DNA of 64,000 nucleotides, from contig JAMJQQ010000119.1 in assembly GCA_023554445.1 (NCBI GenBank), positions 1,925-65,924 on the forward strand, given 5' to 3'. The number at the start of each line of letters is the position of its first letter. Position 1 is the first letter of the stretch. Position numbers and translations under genes: made by a program. The notes under the pieces are model-generated. The model was not told where the DNA came from and did not search any database. It saw only the letters and a list, made by a program, of their open reading frames with translations. Below, piece after piece: positions 48,544 through 60,343 of this stretch. The stretch is from Candidatus Carthagonibacter metallireducens (GTDB lineage Bacteria; Gemmatimonadota; Gemmatimonadetes; Palauibacterales; Palauibacteraceae).

Positions 48544-49532
48544 GTCGATCCACCCCGGGTGCGAAGCAGGACGAGGAAGAAGGGAACGCCGAGAAACGCC
48601 GTGACCACACCGATCGGGATCTCGACAGGTCCTCCAATGACCCTCGCGGCCGTATCCACGACCAGGAGCGCGGCTCCGCCGGCGAGGAAGCACGTGGGGA
48701 TCAGTCCGCGATGTGCACTGCCCCAGACCATCCGCACGGCATGTGGAACGACCAGTCCCACGAATCCGATGACGCCCGCGACGCTCACGGTGACAGCGGC
48801 CAGCAGCGATGCCAGGAAGAACGCGATCCGCTTGATCCGCTCGACCTCGGTCCCGATCGCGGCTGCCGTTTCTTCGCCGAGCGCAAGGGCATCGAGGTGT
48901 CGTCCGAGTCCCCACGCGGCGGCGGATGCCGGAATTGCCCAGGCGGCGAGGACCGCCACCATCCGCCAGGAAAATCCAGACAGGCTGCCGAGGGTCCAGA
49001 AGAAAGCTGACCGCAGTGTCTCGGCAGGCGAGAAGACCAGAATGAGAGTGATGCACGCCCCGAAGAAAGCGCTGACGACGACCCCGGCCAGGATGAGGAC
49101 CCGCGTGTCGAGTCGGTCGGATACGCGGGCGACGGCGAACACGATGGCGATGGCCAGCAGTCCGCCGATCAGTGCCGCGACGGGAAGCAGAAAGCCCCCG
49201 AGCCTGCCCAGGCCGAGAGCCAGCGCTCCGACCGCGGCGAGCGCCGCACCGGAGGAAACGCCGAGCAGGTAGGGCTCGGCCAGGGGATTCCGGAGTAGCG
49301 CCTGGAAGACGGCCCCCGAAACGGCGAGCGACGCCCCGACGAGCACGGCTCCGAATACTCGTGGCAACCGCAAGTCGATTACGATCCGGCGCGCGATCTG
49401 GTCTCCGCCGCTTCCGAAAGCGCCGACTACCTCGCCCGGAGAGAGACCCGCCGGACCGACCATCGTGCCGACGGCAGCGCCCCCGAACAGTAGAGCCAGG
49501 AGAACCAGGTAGCGGGCTCCCGAGTTCACCAC
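48540..49532 (-). CDS. FecCD-family ABC permease (BtuC/HmuU type)
   Basis: 330-aa polytopic permease with FecCD-family motifs. Confidence 0.85.
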   Translation of the reverse strand: MVNSGARYLVLLALLFGGAAVGTMVGPAGLSPGEVVGAFGSGGDQIARRIVIDLRLPRVFGAVLVGASLAVSGAVFQALLRNPLAEPYLLGVSSGAALAAVGALALGLGRLGGFLLPVAALIGGLLAIAIVFAVARVSDRLDTRVLILAGVVVSAFFGACITLILVFSPAETLRSAFFWTLGSLSGFSWRMVAVLAAWAIPASAAAWGLGRHLDALALGEETAAAIGTEVERIKRIAFFLASLLAAVTVSVAGVIGFVGLVVPHAVRMVWGSAHRGLIPTCFLAGGAALLVVDTAARVIGGPVEIPIGVVTAFLGVPFFLVLLRTRGGST

Positions 49533-50428
49533 TGCAGCTCCGGGTGGAGAACCTCGGCCAGCGCCCGGGCCGCTTTCCCGATTCTCGGACCGAGTCGGTG
49601 CAGCAGTCCCGCATCCACCGACCGGACCCGCCCGTCTCGCACCGAAGGTATGACCGCCCAGCCCGGGCGTGTTGCAGGGTCGGCAGGCATTCCGTCGGGC
49701 ATGATCGGAACGAGGATCAGCTGCGGTGACCGGACTACGATGGCCTCCAACGAGACCTGCGGTGACGGCGCCGCCAGGTCCCCGAAGACGTTTTCACCAC
49801 CTGCTATCGACACGAGAGTGTCCAGATAGCTGCCCGCGCCCACAGTTATCGCAGGTGGCCAGGCTACGTCGTAATAGACGCGAGTTCGGGGCAGGTCACG
49901 AGTCGCGCGAGCCACTTCCGCGAGATCGAACTCGATCGAGGCCCACAACGACTCCGCGGTGCTCTTGCGTCCGAGCAGGTCCCCCAACCGCAGAACGTTG
50001 CGCTGTAGATCGTCGAGGTCATCGATCCGGATTGCCAGGACGGCGATATCGAGCCGCTCGAATTGGTCCACGGACCGAGCGTTGTCGGAGCCCGCATAGA
50101 GGATCACGAGGTCCGGATTCCGTGCGATCACGCTCTCGGCATCCGGGCGAAGCGCGTCCCCGACGCTGGGGACGGACCTCACCTCCGGCGGTTGATCATC
50201 CCAGGTCGAGCGACCCGCAACGCTACCTCCGGCCCCGAGCGCGTAGAGCACTTCAGTGATGGCCGGAACGAGGGATACGATACGCGTCGGCGCATCGGGC
50301 AGGCTAATGTCCCTGCCCAGGTCGTCGGTCAAGCGGACCTGAGCGGCGATCGATGGCGCCAGCGCATGCAACAGCAGGATGACGCCCAACAGCGCGATCG
50401 TCGATCGCTCCGCAAAGCGGTACGCCAA
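49526..50428 (-). CDS. Periplasmic substrate-binding protein (TroA/BtuF-like, cobalamin/siderophore class)
   Basis: A start at TTG 50428 immediately after the riboswitch terminator gives (M)AYRFAERSTIALLGVILLLHALAPSIAAQ. The ORF-track start at 50476 would put the terminator hairpin inside the coding sequence. Confidence 0.7.
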   Translation of the reverse strand: MAYRFAERSTIALLGVILLLHALAPSIAAQVRLTDDLGRDISLPDAPTRIVSLVPAITEVLYALGAGGSVAGRSTWDDQPPEVRSVPSVGDALRPDAESVIARNPDLVILYAGSDNARSVDQFERLDIAVLAIRIDDLDDLQRNVLRLGDLLGRKSTAESLWASIEFDLAEVARATRDLPRTRVYYDVAWPPAITVGAGSYLDTLVSIAGGENVFGDLAAPSPQVSLEAIVVRSPQLILVPIMPDGMPADPATRPGWAVIPSVRDGRVRSVDAGLLHRLGPRIGKAARALAEVLHPELQW

Positions 50429-50459
50429 AAAAACCCGTCCTTTCTTCAGAAAGGCCGGG
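50427..50459 (-). terminator. Riboswitch expression-platform hairpin plus U7 tract (terminator and/or SD sequestrator)
   Basis: Minus strand reads CCCGGCCUUUC-ugaa-GAAAGGACGGG-UUUUUUU-UUG(start). The AAGGA inside the 3' arm is a likely SD. Confidence 0.6.
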
Positions 50460-50479
50460 CATGACCGAGCCAGCAAAGA

Positions 50480-50690
50480 TTGCCTGCCTCGCCCACACCC
50501 TTCCCGCGAAGAGCGTCAGTGGGCAGGGAGGGGCTCGTCTCCTGGCTCGAGAGAACCGGCGGGTGCCGGGCTCCCTCTCACAGTGGCGGGGCCGCGTCGG
50601 ATTCTCACCGACTTCCGTGGGCCCGATCCCTGATGCACGAAGGCTGAGTTTAGCGAGAGATTTCGGGAATCCGCAAGAGCCCTGACCGGG
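50480..50690 (-). ncRNA. Cobalamin (AdoCbl) riboswitch
   Basis: Minus strand reads ...CACGGAAGUCGGUGAGAAUCCGACGCGGCCCCGCCACUGUGAGAGGGAGCCCGGC..., matching the Cbl riboswitch core GGGAAnnGGUGnnAAUCC...CGGnCCCGCCACUGU (B12 box GCCACUG at 50581-50587). It sits upstream of the btuF-like/permease/ATPase/TonB-receptor operon. Confidence 0.8.
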
Positions 50691-50711
50691 TGCGTTCTGC
50701 CATCTTTGCGA

Positions 50712-51698
50712 TCAAGTCGAAGGAGGTCTCGCCAGCCGGTAAGAAATGGCGGCTGCCCCCAGCAACGCAACTCCGATCAGGCCCGCGATCAGCACGGGGC
50801 CCCAGGCGACGGGCTCGGACTCGATCGTCAAGCCGACCGACTCTCCCGGCTCTAGGTCGGAGGCCACGAATCGCCGTGCTTCCGATCCCGGCGGCAGTTC
50901 GCCGAGTTCGCCGGGCCTCAACCCGCGCAGGCCGTCCTCCCCGACACCCACCAGGATCAGCTCGAACCGCTCGGTCGGGTACTCGATCGGAAAGTCCAGC
51001 TCCGTTCCCTCGATGAAGTACCCGTAGGAGAGGCGCATTCCGTTTGGCGGCAGCGTGGCCCTGGCTTCGACCCTTCCATCCGACTCGGTAATCGATTCGG
51101 GCGAGTTACCCCCCTCTATGGGGGCCCAGGACTGATAGCCACGCGGCAGGAGCATCGACCAGATCGGAATCGAGGCATCCGTTGTCCGCAGTGCGCGTCC
51201 GGGGGTGCCGGCTACGTCGACGATTTCGCCGACCTGAAGGAGGCCGTGCGCCGTCGGGCTCACCACCACGTGCCGCAGCAGCACGGGGTTATTCGTAACG
51301 GGCGCCTCGATGGACTCGACCTCGTGCACGTAGATGGCGTAGGGGTCGGGCGCCTCCACTCCGGCGTGCAGTATCGGACCGAAGTAGCTGACTCCACCGC
51401 GCACGGAAGCGGCAGCATAGAGAATCTCCGGATTCTCCGCTTCCTCGATCGTCAGACGAAACCGCCCGGAGGCGTCAGCCGTCGTGGAATCTACGACCTC
51501 GCCGGAGACCGAGGTGATGCGGTGAAGCAGCACCACGGCCCCTGACACGGCCGTGGAATCGGCGGCCGAGTAGACGGTACCGCGGATCTCCTGCGCAGGG
51601 ATCGCCGCGGCCGAAGCGGCGAGCATGACGAGCAGCAACGGGACAAGGGCGTGACCGCTGCCTTTGCGACCAGGAACAACAATCCGGGTCCCGATCAA
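50712..51698 (-). CDS. Carboxypeptidase-regulatory-like (CarbopepD_reg) domain protein with a C-terminal membrane anchor
   Basis: Signal peptide, then IRGTVYSAADSTAVSGAVVLLHRI...ADASGRFRL (CarboxypepD_reg-like beta-sandwich) and a C-terminal TM (VLIAGLIGVALLGAAAI). Confidence 0.55.
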   Translation of the reverse strand: MIGTRIVVPGRKGSGHALVPLLLVMLAASAAAIPAQEIRGTVYSAADSTAVSGAVVLLHRITSVSGEVVDSTTADASGRFRLTIEEAENPEILYAAASVRGGVSYFGPILHAGVEAPDPYAIYVHEVESIEAPVTNNPVLLRHVVVSPTAHGLLQVGEIVDVAGTPGRALRTTDASIPIWSMLLPRGYQSWAPIEGGNSPESITESDGRVEARATLPPNGMRLSYGYFIEGTELDFPIEYPTERFELILVGVGEDGLRGLRPGELGELPPGSEARRFVASDLEPGESVGLTIESEPVAWGPVLIAGLIGVALLGAAAISYRLARPPST

Positions 51699-52285
51699 GG
51701 TACGAATTTCCCGAAGTCCTCGGGGTCGAGGCCCTTCAGGTATTCCCGCAGACTCTCGCCCGTCGGCCGTGCTTCTCCCTCACTCGCCCCAGCAGGTTCG
51801 GACTCGCCTTCCGGAGGCATCCAGGGCGGGACGGGATCGTCCTCGTCCGGCTGATCGATTTCGAGTTGGGTACGGCCGAGAAGTCCCGCCGACGCGAAGA
51901 TCGGAGCCGCAGCCCTGAGAGCCAGGGCGACACTGTCGCTGGGGCGGGAATCGATCGAGATCATCTCTCCGTTCCGACGAAACACCAGCGACGCGAAATA
52001 GGTGTTCTCCTCGACGCGCGTGATGAGCACGCGCACGAGCTCGCTGCCGAGACTGCCTACGATGGTGCTCACCAGGTCGTGGGTGAGGGGACGACTGAAC
52101 TTGATGCCCGCCAGTTCCATGGCGATGGCACTGGCCTCCGCCGGACCGATCCAGATCGGCAGCAGACGCTCTCCTTCCACCTCCCGGAGAATGACGACAG
52201 GCGTATTGGATGCCTTGTCGAGCCCGAGGCTCGCGACCTCGACCCGCACCAGATCTCCGGATCCCATTCCTCCGCCCTCGCTCAT
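51695..52285 (-). CDS. Bifunctional nuclease (BFN / DUF151 domain) protein
   Basis: Start MSEGGGMGSGDLVRVEVASLGLDKASNTPVVILREVEGERLLPIWIGPAEA at 52285 with a GGGAG SD. This is the DUF151 signature. Confidence 0.65.
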   Translation of the reverse strand: MSEGGGMGSGDLVRVEVASLGLDKASNTPVVILREVEGERLLPIWIGPAEASAIAMELAGIKFSRPLTHDLVSTIVGSLGSELVRVLITRVEENTYFASLVFRRNGEMISIDSRPSDSVALALRAAAPIFASAGLLGRTQLEIDQPDEDDPVPPWMPPEGESEPAGASEGEARPTGESLREYLKGLDPEDFGKFVP

Positions 52286-52304
52286 GCGCTCCCGGTTTCC
52301 ACGC

Positions 52305-53696
<1,392 letters not shown>

Positions 53697-54836
53697 TCAG
53701 ACGGCCGAAAGCAGGTCCTTGATCCGGTCCGTACGCTCCCACGAGAATGCGCCGTCCTTGCGAGGCTTTCGCCCGAAATGCCCGTACGACGCGGTCTGGC
53801 GATAGATCGGCCTCCGCAGTCCGAGCGCGTCGATGATCGCAGACGGCCTGAGGTCGAAGACCTTGCGCACCACACGGACCATATCCTCATCCGGCATCGC
53901 CCCCGTGCCGTAGCTGTTGACCATCACGGACACAGGACGTGAGACGCCGATCGCGTAGGCCACCTGGATTTCCACTTCCCGGGCGAGACCCGAGGCGACC
54001 AGGTTCTTGGCCACCCATCGAGCGGCATAACTGGCCGAACGATCCACCTTCGTCGGATCCTTGCCGCTGAACGCTCCCCCTCCGTGACTGCCCAGGCCTC
54101 CATACGTGTCCACGATGATCTTGCGGCCCGTCACCCCGGCATCTCCGTGCGGCCCACCCGTAACGAATCGGCCTGTAGGATTTATGTGGTAATGGAGGCC
54201 CTTCCGCTTCGGCATCAGCGCTTCCGGGATTTCCGGGTGGATGACGTGCTCCTTGATCGCGCTTTCCAGTTCCTCCTTGCCGACCGACGGGTCGTGCTGC
54301 GCGGACAGCACCACGGTCCGGACACAGAGAGGCGTACCCTCGTCGTATTCGACCGTTACCTGAGCCTTCCCGTCCGGCCGAAGCCAGGGAAGCGTTCCCT
54401 CGCGTCGTACCTTCGCCAGGCGACGCGTCAGGGCGTGCGCGATGGCGATCGGTACGGGCATCATGCCCACGGTCTCGTTGGTCGCGTAGCCGAACATCAT
54501 GCCCTGGTCCCCGGCTCCGCCCCTTCCGACCCCACGGCTGATGTCGCCCGACTGGCGTCCGATGGAAGTGAGGACCGCGCAGGATCGGTGGCTGAAGCCG
54601 AAATGCTCGTCGTCGTACCCGATCTCGCGAACGGTTTCGCGCGCGATCGCACCGAAATCCGGATGGGCCGAGGTCGTGATCTCCCCTGCCAGGACGATGA
54701 GGCCCGTGGAGACGAGCGTTTCGCAGGCGACTCGGGCGTCTTCATCCTCGGTGAGGATGGCGTCCAGAACGGCGTCCGAGATCTGGTCGGCGATCTTGTC
54801 GGGGTGGCCTTCGGTGACCGACTCCGACGTGAACAT
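53697..54836 (-). CDS. metK: S-adenosylmethionine synthetase
   Basis: Start [28 protein letters not shown] at 54836. Has [12 protein letters not shown] and [16 protein letters not shown]. Confidence 0.9.
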   Translation of the reverse strand: MFTSESVTEGHPDKIADQISDAVLDAILTEDEDARVACETLVSTGLIVLAGEITTSAHPDFGAIARETVREIGYDDEHFGFSHRSCAVLTSIGRQSGDISRGVGRGGAGDQGMMFGYATNETVGMMPVPIAIAHALTRRLAKVRREGTLPWLRPDGKAQVTVEYDEGTPLCVRTVVLSAQHDPSVGKEELESAIKEHVIHPEIPEALMPKRKGLHYHINPTGRFVTGGPHGDAGVTGRKIIVDTYGGLGSHGGGAFSGKDPTKVDRSASYAARWVAKNLVASGLAREVEIQVAYAIGVSRPVSVMVNSYGTGAMPDEDMVRVVRKVFDLRPSAIIDALGLRRPIYRQTASYGHFGRKPRKDGAFSWERTDRIKDLLSAV

Positions 54837-54930
54837 GTGGTGATTTCTCTGCGACACGTTCTCTCTCTTTGTCCCTTGATGATTGAGGCGCGAAGCTACG
54901 GGCGTGCAGAGGGCCCGGCAAGCGAAATCG

Positions 54931-56694
54931 TCAGCCCTCGAGGACGGTTCCACCCACCTTGAGGGCACCCGTTCGGTCGAGGTATTCCTGTACGATCCCA
55001 CGGACGTCCTCGCCGCTCTCGCAGCGAGCATTCCCCGCACAGAGCGCTACGAGATCGGAAACCGAAAGGTGCCGGATCAGCTCCCGGATCTCGGCCAGCG
55101 AGGAGAGCGATACGCTGAATTTCCGATACCCGAGGCCGAGGAGTACCGCGACACCGATGGGGTCGGCCGACAATTCTCCGCAGACGGACAGGTCCAGGTG
55201 GTGGTGCTCGCATGCTTCGACAACGCGGGCGTAGAGACGGATCAGCGCCGGGTGAAGCGGATCGTAGAGCTCGGCGACCTTCGGATTCCCCCGATCGGCT
55301 GCGAGCACGTATTGCGTCAGGTCGTTCGTGCCGAGGCTTACGAAATCAACGTAGGGGGCGAGCAGGTCGAGTGTTTCGACGGCAGCGGGGGTCTCGACCA
55401 TCAGACCGACCGGGACTCCACCGCTTCCTGGCTCCTTGCCCAGGGCACCGTACGTCGATTCGAGGTGCTCTCGGGTCCGGATCAGTTCGTCCGCCGATGT
55501 CACGAGCGGGACGAGCAGCCGGACGTTGCCATGGTCCGCCGCTCGCACGGCCGCTCGAAGCTGATTCTGGAACAACTCCGGCTCGTCCAGACAAACCCTT
55601 ATCGCACGCCAGCCGAGGTACGGGTTGTCCTCCTGTTTCATCGACATGAATTGCGGGTACTTGTCGCCACCGATGTCGAAGGTGCGGATTGTCACCTCAC
55701 GCCCGGGAAATGCCTCTACAACCGAGCGGTAGGCATCGAATTGCTCCTCCTCGGACGGAATCTCCCGGTGTCCGATCACGAGGAATTCGGTGCGAAGCAG
55801 GCCGACCCCCTCGGCGCCCAGACGAATCGCTTCGTCGATCTCGAACGGCTGATCCAGGTTCGCCTGGACCACCGTGTGAACTCCGTCGACGGTCTCGGTC
55901 GGCTTTGCGGCCAGCTCGGCCAGGATCTTCCTGCGAACCTGAAGCTGGGCGAGCGCACGATTGTGCGACTCGATCTCGGCCGGTGTCGGATCGACGATCA
56001 ATCGCCCCGACTTGCCGTCGACGAGCAGTTCACACCCGTCGGCGATCCTGGCGAGCTGCGGCCCCACGTCGACGACGGCTGGAATTCCGAGCGAGCGCGC
56101 AATGAGAACGCTGTGTGAGCCTCGAGTACCGGCCGCCGTGATCATCCCTAGCACCCGGTCGGGACGCATGCGAACCGCCACGCTGGGAGCGATATCGTGA
56201 GCCACGACGATCGACGGTTCCTCGTCGTCCGACATCTCCAGCCCGGGTGCCGGATGGCCGAGCAGGCAGGAGAGCACGTTTCCACGGACGTCTCGCAGGT
56301 CGGCCAGCCGATCCATCACCATGGCGTGAACCGACTCCATCATCTGGACGCGCTGCTCGAGCAACTGCATCTCGAATGCGCGCTCCGCGCTGAGCAGGTT
56401 CTCCCGAATATACGCTTCCGTACCCGCCACCAGGTCCGGATCCTCGATCATCCACGCCTGAGACTCGAACACCTTTCCTTCGAATCCTCCCAGTAGCTCC
56501 GTCGTCTCGTGCTGAAGCTCTACGAGCCGCGAGAGGGCCTCTGCCCGAGCCCTGTGGAAACGCTCGATCTCACGGTCCACTTCGGCCGTGGCGATCGAAG
56601 TGTGCGGGATCGACGGGATCTCCCAGCTGATGTGCCTGACCGGGCCCAGCGCACGACCGGGAGAGGCGCCCACGCCTTCGAGCAACAGACTCAT
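54931..56694 (-). CDS. ptsI: Phosphoenolpyruvate-protein phosphotransferase (PTS Enzyme I)
   Basis: 587 aa with the HPr-binding N-terminus, the phospho-His domain ([22 protein letters not shown]) and the PEP-utilising domain. Confidence 0.9.
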   Translation of the reverse strand: MSLLLEGVGASPGRALGPVRHISWEIPSIPHTSIATAEVDREIERFHRARAEALSRLVELQHETTELLGGFEGKVFESQAWMIEDPDLVAGTEAYIRENLLSAERAFEMQLLEQRVQMMESVHAMVMDRLADLRDVRGNVLSCLLGHPAPGLEMSDDEEPSIVVAHDIAPSVAVRMRPDRVLGMITAAGTRGSHSVLIARSLGIPAVVDVGPQLARIADGCELLVDGKSGRLIVDPTPAEIESHNRALAQLQVRRKILAELAAKPTETVDGVHTVVQANLDQPFEIDEAIRLGAEGVGLLRTEFLVIGHREIPSEEEQFDAYRSVVEAFPGREVTIRTFDIGGDKYPQFMSMKQEDNPYLGWRAIRVCLDEPELFQNQLRAAVRAADHGNVRLLVPLVTSADELIRTREHLESTYGALGKEPGSGGVPVGLMVETPAAVETLDLLAPYVDFVSLGTNDLTQYVLAADRGNPKVAELYDPLHPALIRLYARVVEACEHHHLDLSVCGELSADPIGVAVLLGLGYRKFSVSLSSLAEIRELIRHLSVSDLVALCAGNARCESGEDVRGIVQEYLDRTGALKVGGTVLEG

Positions 56695-57023
56695 GATCGA
56701 GCCCCCGGTTCGTCGACTGCGGAGCCGTAGTCGATCTCGCCTTCCCCGAATCCGGACTCGACGAGCAGCGAAAGCTCCCGGATCGCGCCGGGCGCATCGA
56801 CACCCTCTGCCCGGATCCGAAGCTGGGAACCGAACTCGGCTGCCAGCATCATCACGCCCATTATGCTCTTACCGTTTACCTCGAGGCCGTCCTTCTCGAC
56901 CGTGATGTTCGATGCGAACCGCGATGAGAGCTTGACGAACTCCGCGGCCGGTCGGGCATGGAGCCCGAGCCGGTTCGGAACCCGAACCGTATTCTCGGCA
57001 ATGGAGTCGCCGTTACCTCTCAT
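56691..57023 (-). CDS. ptsH: Phosphocarrier protein HPr (with a short acidic C-terminal extension)
   Basis: ATG 57023 with an AAGGGA SD. Has VPNRLGLHARPAAEF (His-15 region) and GKSIMGVMML (Ser-46 region). ATGA overlap with ptsI. Confidence 0.85.
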   Translation of the reverse strand: MRGNGDSIAENTVRVPNRLGLHARPAAEFVKLSSRFASNITVEKDGLEVNGKSIMGVMMLAAEFGSQLRIRAEGVDAPGAIRELSLLVESGFGEGEIDYGSAVDEPGARS

Positions 57024-57056
57024 CTCGTTCCCTTCGGACAAGTTCTGGATCTCCTC

Positions 57057-57815
57057 TCACCCGATCAGTGCCGCTACGACGAGCCACGCGACTGGAATGG
57101 CGAGTACCAGGGCCGCCGCGACTCGACCCGCACGTCGCGGCCAGCGAAATGCCACAAGCGCTACGAACGCAGCGACGGCGGCCAGACCGCCAAAGAAACC
57201 GTTCCACTCGACCACATCCAGGACGCTGCGACTCAGAAGAACCGCATCCAGACCCAGCAGAAACAGAATCAAGGGTGCGAGGCGTCGCGGAACCCATTCG
57301 AGCCAGCTCTCGTGGAGCGCCTTGCCCACGCCCAGACCTTCCCGCCAGCCGCTCCGAAAGCCCCAGACGCGGATCGCGATGTGACCGGCGTTGAAGGTGA
57401 GCAGAAACAGGGCCACCGACCAGAGGGGATCCACCCCCAGGCCGAATGCGGCAATCGCAGACAGCAGGCACACGGGACGCCATGCAGCCCAGATCAGGCG
57501 ATCTCCCACGGTGCCGAGTGGGCCGCGAAGCGCGGTCCGGAACCTCTCGATGCTCGCGCTGCTCTCGCCGTCCAACTCGGCACGGGCCAGTGCCCCCGCT
57601 GCCAACCCGGCCAGATACGGGTGCGAATTGAAGGCCGATTGGTGCCTCGCTACCGATTCGCTGAGGCGAACGGGATCCCCCGCATGTATCCGTCGCAGAA
57701 GAGGAAGCATCGTGAAGGCCATACCGCCGCCGATCATGGTGCGGTAGTTCCACGACCCCTGCACGGCGAAGCTCCTCCACCAGGCCGACCACAGGTCCTT
57801 GCGAAGAGGTCTCAT
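57057..57815 (-). CDS. PTS mannose-family EIID component
   Basis: Has FNSHPYLAGLAAGA, the EIID signature, on a polytopic protein. Confidence 0.75.
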   Translation of the reverse strand: MRPLRKDLWSAWWRSFAVQGSWNYRTMIGGGMAFTMLPLLRRIHAGDPVRLSESVARHQSAFNSHPYLAGLAAGALARAELDGESSASIERFRTALRGPLGTVGDRLIWAAWRPVCLLSAIAAFGLGVDPLWSVALFLLTFNAGHIAIRVWGFRSGWREGLGVGKALHESWLEWVPRRLAPLILFLLGLDAVLLSRSVLDVVEWNGFFGGLAAVAAFVALVAFRWPRRAGRVAAALVLAIPVAWLVVAALIG

Positions 57816-57819
57816 GCCC

Positions 57820-58524
57820 TCATCCCGCCATTCCCACGGCTATGGCCCCGGCGACCGCACCGACGAGCAACAGCGGCCATCCCCGCAGTCCCGTCGAACT
57901 CGTGCGCCCCCCGGCTCCCGCCGATGCGGCCATGGCGGTGACCAGCATCGCGGCTCCCCAGGCGGTAGCCCTGCCGGATGCAGGTTGGCCTACCGACCAG
58001 GCGGCTGCCAGAACCGCCGGTGCGACGAATCCCGCCGTCAGGAGAGCCCCTCGCACGGCGTCCAGACGAAGTGCCAGACGATGTCTGCGTTCCAGCAGGG
58101 CCGGTCGTGCGGCAAGCTCAGCGGCATTCGACATCAGCCGCTCGTTCCCGCGCCTCCTCAGCTGAACCGTCACCGCTCCGATCCAGCCGACCGCCCACCC
58201 GGCGAGGATGGCTGCGACGAGGGCTCCCAGGGAGGCTCCCCCGGCAGCCGCGTATGCGGCTCCAGCCACGAGACCGGCCGGACCGGAATCCGGGTACCGG
58301 GCAGCCCCGAATGGCGGGTGCCGCAGGCTCATCAATTCGAGGACGGCTCCCACCAGGAACCCGGATGCCGGATCGCCGAGCAACCAGCCGCCGAGTGTGC
58401 CCGAGACCAGGGGGCGTGAGACCATCACTTGTGGCCACGAGACCGCGTCCATTGCCAGAATTCCGCCGAGAACGACGAGAATCAGCCAGCCGGCGGTATG
58501 CAGCGGTATCTCAGCCAGCGGCAC
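57820..58524 (-). CDS. PTS mannose-family EIIC component
   Basis: Polytopic 234-aa protein of ManY/SorA-like character (LELMSLRHPPFGAA). Confidence 0.7.
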   Translation of the reverse strand: MPLAEIPLHTAGWLILVVLGGILAMDAVSWPQVMVSRPLVSGTLGGWLLGDPASGFLVGAVLELMSLRHPPFGAARYPDSGPAGLVAGAAYAAAGGASLGALVAAILAGWAVGWIGAVTVQLRRRGNERLMSNAAELAARPALLERRHRLALRLDAVRGALLTAGFVAPAVLAAAWSVGQPASGRATAWGAAMLVTAMAASAGAGGRTSSTGLRGWPLLLVGAVAGAIAVGMAG

Positions 58525-58999
58525 GAACGAGCTCCTCGAACGGCACCTCGCGCGCGGAGGGAAGATCTCGGGCGCTCACGTGTCTGCACCGGTCCTCGAT
58601 CTTTCTGAGATCCGCGATCTCGTCGGGCGACAGATGAACGTATGGCAGGACTCGACGCCGCTCTGCCCCCGCATGAAGGCCTCCCAGATTCACCCGGCGG
58701 CCGTCCAGGATCCCGGCCTCCGCCAGGCTTCGCATCGTCGACGGGGAGCGTGTGAGCAGTGCACCCCGACCCGGGAGGGCGTCGAGTTCCTCGAATCGTT
58801 CGATTGCCTCTTCGAGACCTACGAAGAGAGCATCGACTCCCTCGGGAAGTCCGGCGGCGTAGAGGTCCTTCTCCCACTCGCTCGCCGCGACCTCATCGTC
58901 CACGATCACGTAGTATTCGAGCTCGAGTCGCATGCCCCATCCCACGATCACCTGGCCGTGGAGCAGTCGCTCATCGATGCGAAACAGGTCAAGCGCCAT
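58511..58999 (-). CDS. PTS mannose-family EIIB component
   Basis: MALDLFRIDERLLHGQVIVGW is the sorbose-type EIIB signature with its phospho-His. The start could also be 59011 or 59026. Confidence 0.75.
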   Translation of the reverse strand: MALDLFRIDERLLHGQVIVGWGMRLELEYYVIVDDEVAASEWEKDLYAAGLPEGVDALFVGLEEAIERFEELDALPGRGALLTRSPSTMRSLAEAGILDGRRVNLGGLHAGAERRRVLPYVHLSPDEIADLRKIEDRCRHVSARDLPSAREVPFEELVRAAG

Positions 59000-59387
59000 C
59001 GCTGGACTCATGATCGGAGAGGACACGGATTCCGTCGTGTCCCTTCTCTGCCGCTCGGTTCGCCAGCTCGGCCGGGGGCATATCCCTGTGGAAGAGGAAA
59101 TCGAGCAGCATTGGAAGATTGACGCCCGTCACCACCGCGAACGAGTCCCGCCTTCGTCCGACCGCACGGCTGGCGAGGGTGCAACTCCCGCTGGCGAGGT
59201 CGGTGAACACCACCACCGGACCGGTGCGTGTCGGTCCCTCGACCCGGTCGCGGAGCTCATCGGGGCCGCAATCCTCGTTGGAGATCGGAATCAGCGCGCC
59301 ATGAATCCCCGCGATTCCCTCCGCCGCCTCCACGAGGGCCGCCGCGAGTCGTCCATGCGCAACGACCACGCCCGTCGTCGGACTCAC
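58989..59387 (-). CDS. PTS mannose-family EIIA component
   Basis: GVVVAHGRLAAALVEAAEGIAG is the EIIA-Man fold with its phospho-His. Confidence 0.75.
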   Translation of the reverse strand: MSPTTGVVVAHGRLAAALVEAAEGIAGIHGALIPISNEDCGPDELRDRVEGPTRTGPVVVFTDLASGSCTLASRAVGRRRDSFAVVTGVNLPMLLDFLFHRDMPPAELANRAAEKGHDGIRVLSDHESSDGA

Positions 59388-60343
59388 TCGTAGTCCTCCT
59401 CCAGGTAGTCGCGCACCGGTTGCATCATGGCGCGGAGATTCTGCTCGAACAGCCTGGCCGAGTCGACCCCGGCGTAGCGCAGGAGGTGTCGCATCGCCAC
59501 CACCTCGCTGATGACCGTGATGTTCTTGCCCGGGTTCAGGGGAATGACCACCCGCGGGATCTCAACCCCCAGGATATCCGTGGTCTCCTGCACCAGTCCC
59601 GTCCGGTCGTACGTCGCTTCGTCGCTCCAGTGCTCGAGCTGCACGACGACCTCGATCCGCTTCTGCTGCCGCACGGATCTTATTCCGAACAGCGCCCGTA
59701 CATCGATGATTCCAATTCCGCGGATCTCCATGTGGAACTGCTGATGCTCGATCGCTCGGCCGATCAGCACGTCCACCCCTCGTCTGCGAACCAATACGAC
59801 ATCGTCGGCAACCAGCCGGTGTCCCCGCTCGACGAGATCCAGCACGCACTCGCTCTTGCCGATCCCGCTCTGACCTACGAACAGAAGTCCGACGCCGTAC
59901 ACGTCGGCCAGCGATCCGTGGATCGCGGTCGACGGAGCGAATTCGTCTTCCAGAAAAGGCTTGATACGCTGGAAGAACTCGCCCGTCTTCAGTGATGAGC
60001 GAAGCAGCGGAACCGCATGCTCCTCCGCCAGTTCCACGAGTTCGTCCGGCAGTTCGAGTCCCTTGGTGACGATGATGCACGGTCGATCGTGCCGCATGAA
60101 GGCTCGGAGCACTTCAGCCCGCTCACTCGCCTCCAGCGAATGGAGGTACATGATCTCCGTCTCGCCCAGAACTTGAGATCGGCGCCTAGGCAGGCGTTCG
60201 GCGAACCCCGCGAGGACGAGACCCGGGCTCGAGATGTCGGCACCCGTGATCTTTCTATCCAGTCCTGATTCGCCGGCTACGACCTCCAGTTGGAGAAGGT
60301 CGCCCCGCCGAGCCAGCAATTCCGCTACGGTCAGCGCGGTCAC
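59384..60343 (-). CDS. hprK: HPr kinase/phosphorylase
   Basis: 319 aa with Walker A (GQSGIGKSE) and global HprK similarity. Confidence 0.9.
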   Translation of the reverse strand: MTALTVAELLARRGDLLQLEVVAGESGLDRKITGADISSPGLVLAGFAERLPRRRSQVLGETEIMYLHSLEASERAEVLRAFMRHDRPCIIVTKGLELPDELVELAEEHAVPLLRSSLKTGEFFQRIKPFLEDEFAPSTAIHGSLADVYGVGLLFVGQSGIGKSECVLDLVERGHRLVADDVVLVRRRGVDVLIGRAIEHQQFHMEIRGIGIIDVRALFGIRSVRQQKRIEVVVQLEHWSDEATYDRTGLVQETTDILGVEIPRVVIPLNPGKNITVISEVVAMRHLLRYAGVDSARLFEQNLRAMMQPVRDYLEEDYE

